A stretch of DNA of 64,000 nucleotides, from the NCBI GenBank assembly GCA_026770705.1, contig JANJGN010000034.1, positions 3,596,001 through 3,660,000 of the forward strand. Direction: 5' to 3'. Below are positions 13,201 to 25,200 of this stretch, piece by piece; position 1 is the first letter of the stretch, and each line of letters begins with the position of its first letter. The notes beneath the pieces are model-generated. The model saw only the letters and a program-made list of their open reading frames with translations, searched no databases and had not been told where the DNA came from. Source of the DNA: Isurus oxyrinchus (lineage: Eukaryota). A program made the translations under genes and the position numbers.

Positions 13201-16200
13201 CTTCGCCTAGAGCACTTGTGCTTTTGAGAAATGTCAAAACCACTGATTTCCCCATCTCATACAAGGCAGGGTACCCCTTTTATACAACAGTGCTAACATC
13301 AACGAAGATGGGCATCTCTAATAACGTTTGTTTAAAAGTTTAAACTTTTCTAGTTCTCAGCACACTTCCAAAAGTGTGGTGTCCAGAATTGGGCGTGATA
13401 TGTCATCTGATGTTGAAGGATGATTTGCTGAAATCCATCACAAATTCCTGGTTCCGTTTTGTGCTCGATTCCTGGTTGGTAATTACCACAGTCCTGTTTT
13501 CCTTTATTACCACAACCATAGTTGCGCAGTTCCCATTAGCCATACGTGCACACAACCTAATATCCGTATGTAGATGCACCCTCCTAAGAATTGCACGATT
13601 GTCCTTATATTACATCTTCTGGATCTCATTGCGAAGAAAATGTTTCACTTCATAGCTATAGGCATCACGACATTTCATCTGCCACTTGCCTTTCATTCCA
13701 AACAGCATTGCTGTGTACCCGTGGATGGACTCAAATGATCCAAACACTTCAGAAACTTTCCATGCATGACTTAGCCGCCTGTGGTTTAATATTTTGCCAT
13801 CTTCTAGCAATAATATTCTAAAAAAAAATCAATTAGTTACCTTCCAACAACAATAAATAAAGTTCCAGAAGTACTTTTTATTTTTCTCCCTGTCACTCAG
13901 AGTGCTTCATTTCGATAACTGCACTACATTTTACTCAAAGGATGCCATTGACCTGTTAACATCTCGACGCAAGTGCTAACTCTGATCAACAAATATGAAA
14001 CGATGTTCTACCGTAACCGGCAGATCGATTAACTAAGTAACGCCTGTTTCTACTAGTTAATCTACCAAAATTTCAGAGCGAGTCACCAGTTCTCTTGATA
14101 TATTGCCCACCTGCTGAATCGAGACTTTTCTTCAGCTTTGCTAATTCTTTTTTAAAATAAACATAGCATATTTCATGGGTGAGAACAAAAAACTAAACTA
14201 TTGAATTAAAATTGTTATATTACTGATGACAAATTGTATTACGTTTCGTGGATGATTTAGGGTACATTGCACACAGCGGCCAAAGGGCTTATCAGCACAA
14301 TTCATTTCATTGCTTGATTTGACTTATAGCAGAACCAGGCAAAATAGCCAAGAAACCTCAACAGTCTGAAGAAAATAGTAGCGGACAAAAAAACATCAGT
14401 AGGCACGTTGATTCAATGAAACTAACTTCTTGTTTTTGTTTAAAAAATGATATTTCAGATGCGCACTTCCTTTTCTCAAGGCGATCGAATAGTGCATGAC
14501 AGAGATAAGAATCAGTTGAGCTCTGATTTTGCTTGCTATATGTTGGGCAATTGGTCGAAAACCTGGCCGGAATAAAATAACGGGCAGGGAATGCAATGCA
14601 GCTCTTTTATTACAAACATAAATTCGATCCCAAACTCTAAACATATTGGTGCTTAATTACACCGTTGAATATTGCGTTGTTTTTTTTTTATTTCCATTCA
14701 TTATATCGAAACTCATATAGATGTCCTTTTATTTTCATGGCAAGAATTCGGTGATTCTGTGCTTCGATGAGGCATTCATCTTGGAACTTGTGTCACTCAG
14801 CATGTGTTCACTTATCCGTGCAATATTAATTTTCATTATAACCCACACCATTGCAATGCTGGTCATGGTATATCCGCAGCCACAGTATTTTTCACAGCAC
14901 AGAAGCTGGCCCTTTAGCCCATTGTGACGTGTTGAAAATAATGGGTCTTGCTAAGATGGAACCTCGCAATTAGTTGTGCACAATGTCAGCCTATTTATTG
15001 ATGGGTGCAGGAAGAAATTGGGTATTCAAATTCCTGCAAGGAAATGTCACATGATTAATGGAAAGTTTTGTCTCTGAATCTACAGGTTACACATGATGGC
15101 ATTTTGGCATAGTGATTATAGATTGGCATGGCTAATCAAATTTGCATTGTCACATGTTCCAGAATATCAGTTCAAATTTGATGAGGGCAGCTGGAAATTT
15201 TACGTCATTTTAATAGATGACATATATATTGAACCTGATATCTATGTTCCTGGCTACGGTACTATATTGGGCGATAAAAGAAGAATATAGATCCAAATAT
15301 TTTTTTTCGGGCAATGTTAGCCGCTTATCCTTACATTGTCCAATCTATCTTTGCCGCTGGTCCACCAGCGATGGGTGCATTCTAAAATGGTCTCAACATT
15401 CGCTCCATTGTAAATAAGGAGGAGCATCACCAGAAACTTCTCAAGGGTAATAAAATATAGTAATTTTGTAATTCAGTTAAGAATAACAAACAAAAACTAA
15501 AAGCACGCACAAATTTTATTTGTAAAGGGCATCTAACGTAATTAAAGAACAACTCAAAGTAATTTACAGGATAATTACAAAATCTGAGCCAACCAGACAC
15601 ATCGGGACATTCGGACAGTTGGCAAAGTGTTTGGTTCAAGAATTTCTTCTAGGTGATAGATGCAATGCTTTCTGAGTTAAGTTGGAGGATTACTCCGGGA
15701 CATGTGTTCTCTCTTCATTGCTGCTGCCAATGTATGCCTAAGGAGTCTCCTGGGCTGCAGTTCAAGTGGACTTCTTTGCTAAAGATTATCTGGAGATTCC
15801 TGACAGTTTTTGCAAATGCTTTCACCCAGGGAGGTCGGAAAAATTACACAAAGATCTTGCCTGGTGTCTTGTAAATGGTGGACATGTTCTGGGAAGTCCG
15901 AAATTGGATAATCGCTGCTGAATTTGCAGCCACTGGCTTGCCATTCTATTCAATGAACTGAACGGCTCAAAACATTAATTTTCTGGTCAATTGCTGCATC
16001 CACGGTTTTTATGTTCCAAACAGGAAGACCTGCGCCACTCAATTTCAGGAAGAAATGTTTAGATATTTCTAACCGTTCAGAAATGTTTAAAGAGGACGAT
16101 TTACTAGCAATTGTGCACCATTCCTGCTACGCTTCACAGGCATGGATGAGCATCGCAAAGCTAGTTATCCTGCTGGAATGAAAGTAATTGATAAGGCACA

Positions 16201-19200
16201 TGAAGATGCTTGTTTTTGAATGAAAAACCCTGATGTACTGCAGCAAGAATCTGCTGATGTTGACAAATTTGCCAAAAAACACAACAAATGGATTTTATTG
16301 TGCTAGGTCTGAATCCAAATGGCGATTGCCTTTGATTAACATTACTTCAGCTTTGTTTGGGCTACTTGATGTAATATGAAGCCAAATAATGCTATGGTGT
16401 CGCTGGCAGCCACTTTCAAGATGTTGCTTGAGTTCAGCCCAATTGCTCATTTTTTGACCAAGGCTATAATGAGTCAGGTGTCGATTAGGACTGGTGGCAC
16501 CCAATCAGATCATCGGTTAAACAAAAATATCTACGTTACCAGGTAGCTGAGTGACAATGCTGAATTTGTGCTTCTGCAATTTGCATTGCAGCACATTAAC
16601 CTATGAAGCACATCCATCAATTTTCAAAACCAACGGTATGAAATGCCTTCAACTCTTCCATGTCATCTCTTGAAAGTCCTCAAAGTCAATAATATTTGTC
16701 ATCACTTCTCAGGCACCTCTAGCTTGTTGAAATTTGGAAATGTTCAGCCTTGACTTTCAGCAACTGTGCTTGGTAACAAGTTGCTGTGGTTATTTTGGCA
16801 GCAGCTATTTCTTTGCTTTTGTTTGCTTACTGACCTCTGCACCAACACTGACGATAACGTAACAGAATTGCAATGCTTTGATACAATATAACAGGAAGGT
16901 AATTTAGGAAAAAGCCTGTGATGTCTCATTTCTGACATCATAGATGGCCACTGCCGTGTGTGACATTGCTTTGGTGTCAACTGGATTTCCAATCAGGAAT
17001 ACTGAGCTGTGTCAACAAGTACCTATATCTTTTCCTTTCAACCTTTCCCCTGAGAGGGAGAAAAATAATTAGTTCAATAATGTGTTGAACATATTGCAAT
17101 GAATGTGGCATCAATCAAGCAAAGGCATACCCTTTCTGCTAATTTACACGTGGTGTGGAATACCCCATATATGCAAATGGTTGATAGTAACAAGAAATAA
17201 AAAATGCATCTTAGCGAATCTAAGATGAGGATATTGCTTAACAAAGTTGTCAGACATACAATCGAATGTGAATGCAGGACAAGTATGATGGAGGAGTAAA
17301 TGTATGGTAGGCGAAATATGATTCAAATTGATTCAAATGGTACTAACGAGGTTAAATGACATAAGCAACAACATCAACAGATGAGGCAGGGCTGATCTTG
17401 CTTGAGTGGAGCTGAATTGAAGCAACCAGACTTCTGAATTCATAGTGCACAGTATATGTGGAAGTCATGGATGTTACAACAGTGAAATAGAGAGATAACT
17501 AGCTCGAATTTTTAAACTGAGAACTTAGATTAAGCAACAAACTCTCGCCAGATGTGGAATCATGAAAAGTCGATGAACAAATGGTTATAAACCAAATGGG
17601 ATTGGGCATAGAGCAGCTTTGTTTCACTTTTTTTTGTGGAATAATAAATTAAGATGGAGTCTGGCGGTTAGGACATTTGGACAGTCAGTGTGGATATAAA
17701 GAAGCACATGGGATATTTTGGACCTTTATGTCGATACACACTAAAGCAACATTTTGTTTTACATATTATTTGTTTTGTAACCCGCCTCCTTTACTGAACA
17801 TCATGGAAGGGTCCAGTGAAAAAAAAGAATCCTATTGTATGTCCTGTAATTGGTATATATCTATCATCGCATCTATCTATCTATCTTTCTTTCTATGCAT
17901 CTATCTATCTATCTATGTTTCAGTCTATCTGCGTGTCGATGTATCAATTATCGGCCTTACGATCTATCTAGCTATCCGTCTGTATATTCATTTAAACTTA
18001 TTTCCCATTGTGTAAAATATTACTGTAAATGGTATCATGACCCGATATTTCCAACGCCATTGGAGGCCAATATTGATCTTAAACCTTCTCAATCTCATGC
18101 GGCACATTTTAATTCTGAACGATTTACTGCTTAAAGCCTTTCATAGACAATTTTCTTTGGTCTCTTGTTTCTTCTTTGGTCTCTGATTGTTATTGAGCTT
18201 ATATTGGCATTCTTTTTCTTTAAGTCTTTAAAAATGTAGTGACGGTTACACTTCCCCTACTTCACCTGTGCTTTTGAGATACCTCGTAAAAACTGCTTTC
18301 CTCTTCTCTGGCATGGTAGGATACCCGGTGTTACACAGCACTGCACAAATCACTGAAAAACCTCATCACAAATAATTTTTCCATGCATAAAAATTTAACC
18401 TTTTATCTAGATCTCAGATTCATTCCTGAAGGTGGCATCCATAATTGGTCATGATATAGCATTTGACGTTCAAAGAGGATTTCCTAAACCCCATCAAAAA
18501 AGCCTGGTTTGCCGAAACCACGTTCACAATTGCACAGTTTTCATTTGCCGTATGTTGATGCGCCCTTCTAAGAATTGCACGATTGTCCTTCGGTTGCATC
18601 TTCTTGATCTGCCGACGAATAAACATTTCATTCCCTGGCTAAATGCATCGCGATATTTCGTCTGGCACGTGCTTATCAGCTGAAACAGAATTCCTGTGTC
18701 CCCTTGAGTTGCCTCGTATGTTCTACCCACTTCATAATCATCCCGTGCTTGAATCAGCTGCAAGTGTTTTGATATCCTGCCATCTGCTCGGAATAATATT
18801 TTTAAAAAAGCATCTTCTTATTACCTTCCATCCACAAGAACTAACGGTCCACCAATAATTCTTGTTTCAATAACAAAGATATGTTGGAAAAACCTCAGCA
18901 GTTCGACTGCATCTGTGGAGAGGAAGGCAGTTAACGTTCCAAGTCCGTATGGCTCTTCATCAGAACTTTTTGTTTTCTCCCTGTCACTCAGCAGGATTCA
19001 TATTCATGCCTGCACAACCCTTTTATTCAAGGTTGCCCATTGGCCTGTGAACCTCTCGACACATATATCAGCTCTGATCCAGAAATAGGAAAGGGTGCTT
19101 TAATGTATACATATATTGATCCTACCAGCACCTCGATTAGCAAAGTAAAGCCTATGACGTTCCTAATTATTAATCTGCCAACATGTTGGAGTGCATTGCC

Positions 19201-22200
19201 ATTTCTGTTGATATGATGTTGCGCACCTGAAGCTTCAAGACTTTTCTTCAATTTTGCTAATTCTGCATTGAAAACAATATAGAATGTTCCAATGGCGAGA
19301 CCAACGATTGAATTAAACATGGTATATAATTGATCACAATTTGAAATACGTTTCATGCATGATTTAGCGTACATTGCAATAGGCTGAGAAGCAACATTCC
19401 CTTGGTTGCCTGAATTAGCTTGTAAATAACAATGCAAAACAGCCAGTTAGAGCTCTGTTGTTTGAAGGAAACCTAGCAGATGAATAACCCATCACTTGGT
19501 TGGTTTAAAACAGCCTTCTTCTTTATTTTAAAGGGTATATTCGGATATGCAATGGCATCCTTGAACATATTGATCAGTGCATGACAGACGGCAGATTCAG
19601 CTGACTTTTGATTTTTCTTACCACAGGCAGGGCAACTGGGGAATAGTCTGGTAGGAAATAATAACAGCTGACCGAGTTAATTCTGTCCGTTTCTGCCAAA
19701 ATGTAATTCGGTCCCAGACTCTCAATTGGTGCTCCGTAACAGGGACAGAACATGCATTGTTTCTTTTTTTTTTTTATTTTGCTTTGTCGAATGCAGCATT
19801 GCAAATAATACCGATGTCTTTTACTTTTCATGGCAGTAAGCCAGGGGTTCACTGTTTCAAAGGAATTTGTGTACATCATTTAATACTTCCTCAGCAACTT
19901 TGTGCTTCTCTGTGCAAGGTTCATTTGCATGACGAACCGTGCCTTTGCATTTTGGTCATGGTAATATCTACAACCATAGATATTTTTCACAGAATTAAAC
20001 CGTTCAGCGCATTGTGCCATGTTGACAATCTTAGGTTCAACCTGACGATAGACTCTGTACACCAAATCTAATTTTAGCCTTTTTCGGATTAATTAAAAAA
20101 GTTGCATGCAAACCTTGCTGCAAACCAATGTCACATGGCTAACGGAAAGCTTCGTCTACAAATCTAAAAGTTGCACATCATGGCAGGCTGGCATAGGGAT
20201 AAAAGATTTCTGCAGCTAATTGAATCATTTTCTTCCAATATTCCAGAATATCCATTCCAATGGGATAATGACTGCTGGGACTGTAAAGCTATGTTAGTTC
20301 CTTGACTGGAGATTAAATGTGATATCTATGCTCCTGGCAATGAGACTGCAATGTATAAAGGGTGAGGTGAGGGGCATGGGGTGGCGGTGGAGGTGGGCCT
20401 GAACGAGGAGATTAGGGGGGTTGAGGGGGGAGGACGGTCGGCGGTAGAGCTATTTCATTCCAATTGTTCTTTTGGCAGAAATAACGTCTTGCCATTATAT
20501 GGTTTGGCCTATGTTTCATTCTACGACATGCACAAAAAGGACATTCTGAAATGGTCTCATGAATAACTCTGTTTTAATCAAGGGGGCGACTCACCATAAA
20601 GTTTCATGGGCAAATAATAGTAGTAATTAACTGCTATGTTTATGAATAATATTCAAAATCTGTACTTATAATTGTAAGGATCATTTAAAATAATAAAAAC
20701 TCTCCAATCATTTAACAAGGTAATTGCAACATATGATTTCACCACACATAATGGGGCATTATGGATGTTGACAAAACTTGTGCTCAGATAGATAGATTTA
20801 AATTATTGTGTTAAAGGAAGAGATTGTGGAAGAGAGCTGGAGGGTATTGTCATGCAAGTGTTTCAAAGCAATGATGACAAGCTTAAGATCAAAAACTTGC
20901 TATGAAAACACTGGTGATGTTTTAAGGGTTGAAGCTTTTTACAACATGGGCAAAATAGTAGTTTTATGTCCCCACCTTTACGGAATGCAAAATGTGGAAT
21001 AGCAGCCAGAAGTGAGTGGAGATAAACAATTCCTGGTTCATTAATGCGCTAAGCCTAGCAGCAGATGAGCTGCATCAGAGGCGAACTCGGGCAAGGCTTC
21101 ATAGGTCGAACAAGACAGTGATAATGATGGTGCTTAACCGATGTCAGAATTATGCATTGTGTGTCTCAAGTTGCTAGCAACTGCCCAAACGGACTGTTGG
21201 TTGGGAGACCAGTTGAGTCATTGGTCGGCAAGGGAGCTTAGACTGTGGACTGGAAAGCATGGTATTATTATTCGAATTTTGCAAAACGATGAAAGCTCTC
21301 CTCACTCATTACTGATGCTAGACACAGATTCTGACAATTTCGTAAATATTGAGGATGCAATGGAGGTGGTCCCGCAATAAACGTAGAAATCCTCATTATT
21401 CAAATGAAAATTAAGGCTGTCCTTTCGAGTGATTTTGCAAGGAGCAGCATGCAGACTAGAAATAAATGTTGGATAAGAATACTCCTCAGAGGACATTAAA
21501 ATTGTGAGGAATAAAGCATTGGAAGTTTTTATGGAAGAAGAATGACGAAGCTGGAATTGTTTGTTTGTAACAGGCTTATCGTAAATCATTTGTCACATTG
21601 AACAACAGAGTTTTTCTATTTCAACAGTAGAGGACACAGAACTGAAGGGATTTCTACGGAATTCGGAGGAAAATTGAAATAATTTGGAAAGCTAAAATGC
21701 TTTCAACGAATTCGGTTGAAATAAAATAAAATGTTGGAGATGACTTTGCAGTATGAAAAGATTTTGGGAGTGAAGCGTTTTTTATGTGGGGATAAATAGC
21801 ATGAGAGATGTGGAACAAAAATGCTTTGAAACAGGTACACTAAATAGTGTAGCATCTTACCTTCATCTTTTGCAAGCTTTTCTTCAAACACAGCTAGACA
21901 AAGTGGAAATACCACATTAAAAATAAAATTTACTCAATGCATATTTTAAGTATTGTTTCAGAAGTAAAATTCTTCGCCTTCAATGTATTTAATCACATCT
22001 AAGCACTATGACACTAGGACTCGAATGCTGCTGCATCACCCTGGTCTTCCACGCAATACTATGTCTCAGTCTTTAATTCCCCCTCTGTGAAAATCATGTT
22101 TCTTTCTCCCTAACGGTGCAGTGGGTGCACCTTCTCCAAATGCACTGCAGTGATGAAGAAGGGGGCTTATAATCAATTTTCAGAGCATTTCGAGATGAAC

Positions 22201-25200
22201 AATCATTGATGGCCTAGTTGGAGACACCCAAGTTCTGTCAAAAAAAAAGAAACAAAAGCTACAATCAATACATAAATGCAAGTGAAGTAAATCTAATGAT
22301 GTTGTATTATCACTGCAACTAACAATGAAAAAGGAAAAACCTTAATTTACCATTTGTAATTGAGCCAAAAAAAGGCATCGCCCTGTAACCTACTAATGAT
22401 GAGCCTCTGAGCACCAGGTGTTTCTTTAAAGATGAATGTACTATCTCGGCTCTTGTGTGCTTTCTGTTTCACATTCAAAAGGCGATCTCCAATTGCTCAC
22501 AATGAGCTGATGCACAGTGCTGTTTTTTTTCTTTTTTATCAACACATATTTAGTCATAACCTTATATTTATGTGAAGTCAAATAATTGGCAAAAACATCT
22601 TAAAGGAAGGGAGTTACAAGTTAATTTCCCTCACGGAGGACACTCTGCCCATAAAAAATGTCAGACGCAATTTTGCCCCGCCGCTCTATCCATGTTGTTC
22701 AATAAGCTTATTTTCTTCAACTTAATATCGAAATTAATCTTGAGATTGCTGGTCCGAAGCACTTCCAATATCATCGAGCCTAGTGAACCAGAGGTCCTAG
22801 GTAAGCATTTTGTGAAAAACAAATCTTCCCAAGATTGTGTTCTCCTGATCGACTGTTACTTGATCCTCGTCCTCCTTCCAGGACGATGTTCTCAGAGGTT
22901 TCTAGCGACCATCTACTTCCTTTCGATCGGAGAATGATTACGTTTGGCAAAATACTGCAGTGGTTCGCCATAGCATTCGATCCTATGTCTGACAAGTAAA
23001 ACCGACAGCTCTTACCATCTGCAATGTGGCATATTCTGAATATTCTTGTGCTGACAAATGACCTATTTCGCCATGTCATGAACTCACTATTGGTGGGCAC
23101 CAGTTCTTGAAATAAGATTACAAACTGAATTTCTAGCACAAAAATAGAGGCGCTACCAGTGCGCTAAAGGCTTTCTGAACGTTTCCTAATCAAACAAGTT
23201 CGAATAGATTAGTCAAGCTTGGTATGCATGCCAACAACCCGTGTTGAAAATCCTTAAATCAAACAATCCTCCCCAAATGCTTCTTGATTTGCCCTTTGGT
23301 TGTTGTTTCTTGTCAACCACTTGTATTAATTGTGTGGCCTGCAGATGTTGGAACTGCTCCTTATTGGATAGCACTATCACACCTTCAGACCACAGTCCCC
23401 TATTTCTCGAAGATTGGAAGCCATCCCAGCATCTTCACCTCAATTTTGATTAGCAGTGTGGGATGAGAGTCAACCGCACCAGTCAATTTGCTTTCATTTG
23501 GTCTGTTTGGTATTTGTTATCTACGTGGATTATTTGTAAATTGGTATTTGGAAGATAAAAATATAGTAGAGGAATTATATGGGACAAAGAGCTAAGCTAA
23601 TATAAATATTTTGATGACAATCTTCGGTTTTTTAGGGAATATAATGGTGCTACGTAAATGGAACTACTTGTTTCCATTGCTGGTGAGAAACACAAAGCAA
23701 TTTAAAAATAAAAAAGTGTTTAAAAAAAATCACCTACATTTAAAATTATTATGCAACCATAGATGAAGGCATTCAACTATTCATTTGAAATTAAAGCAAG
23801 CATTTTTAGCATAAAATAAATTTGATTTGAGTCGTTGATTTGTAGAAAAGCACAAAATAATTCACAGTCAAAATTTGCAATGCTGTGTACGTCAAAACAG
23901 TGGATTATTTATTCCGGTTACCTTTGTCTTGGTCTTCCAACTTTTTTTCTATTATAAAGAAAAAAAAGAGTTCAAACATGTCGAATTAATGCAAGTGATC
24001 CTGGGTATTTTGTTAATTTTCTGTGAAGGTCAGGAATCAGCCAAACAGTGTAAAATTGTTGCAAGTGATCCCGGGTATTTGTTAATTTTCTGTGAAGGTC
24101 AGGATTCAGCCAACTGGTGTAACATTGTTGTATTTACAAATATGTGAACATGTCAGTCACTGTACTACAATTTGGTGTAAATTGTGTATGGATGGACAAT
24201 CTTTCAAAGTATATTATATTATGATTGAGTCTATAGTTTTTTACAAAACTTAAAATTAAGGTATATGACTTAAGATTAAGTCATACGGACTTGAAGAGTC
24301 ATACGGAATCGAAACATTAACTTCTGTCTTCCTCTCTACAGTTTCTCAGCGTTTATTTCATTTTATTAAGGTATGTGGGTCTCTACGCATTATACATTTG
24401 AATGGCTGGAAAGGACATTCATCACGATTCTTACCGAATTCCTGTATCGTCTTTTGGCACGTCGATAATTCTAAAAAACAGAAAGAATGAAATTTTGGTC
24501 AATCAATCGATCCTCTCCTCCCTGAACTGCAAATAATTCCTTTTCATAATTCCTAAGGATTACATGGAAAGCGCGAGGCTAAATCAGTGACTTCAGCCAG
24601 TCAGGTTAATGCATTTCCACATATTTGCTAATAGTGACCACTAAGCTTACCTCATCTCATCCTTCCAAATATTTTTCGTTTCATGTCGATAACCTGTACA
24701 TTCATTAAATACACCTTTGCAGCTAACTCAATTCTTCTGCCTCGGAGCAGTTCTGCTCAATAACAACTGTTTGAGTAAAGCTGCGTCATCTGAGTTGCTC
24801 ATTGATAATTGGCGACCGTGTTGCGAAAATAACATGTATAAAATATCTTCGTGCAGAGTTGCAAACATCTGCTTTATGTTTCTCCTTAAAACATCGTTCA
24901 GTTAAAATTCCAGATAACGTCACCATAAGCCATCCCTTTCCATGATGAAAGAGCTTCAGCCAAACCACTTACGATTTCCTTTTATCTTTGGAGTTGTTCA
25001 TTGATTCATTGAAGACCATATGATAAAAATAACCAACTGGTACTAAAAAAAAAACGTCTTCTTACAGTTGCAAAATCTGCTGCAGATTTCACCTGAATCA
25101 TAAGCACACATCATTCATTCTGAGAACAATTTCAAGTCACTACCGGTCATTTCTTTGAAGGAGGAATAAACCTAAGCCTGTTATATATTTTATGATAGTT

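Larger units (their letters stand above)
1..20790. repeat. Diverged tandem array of a ~5.2-kb unit (about 4 copies)
   Basis: Anchors recur colinearly: 27-nt exon at 1214/6653/11796/17023; 36-nt exon at 3714/8837/14111/19227; motif aaacataaattcgatcccaaac near 4185/9335/14615/19700; TATC tract in each unit. Confidence 0.93.

Noticed and set aside
1-20790. 5.2-kb repeat as satellite DNA, tandem transposon or assembly duplication
   Set aside because: Copies are substantially diverged, have no transposon termini or intact ORF, and each carries two conserved exons.
24973-25092. Possible 120-nt or 70-nt transmembrane-like exon
   Set aside because: The 120-nt version has stop codons in the phases tested, and the 70-nt version shifts the frame.
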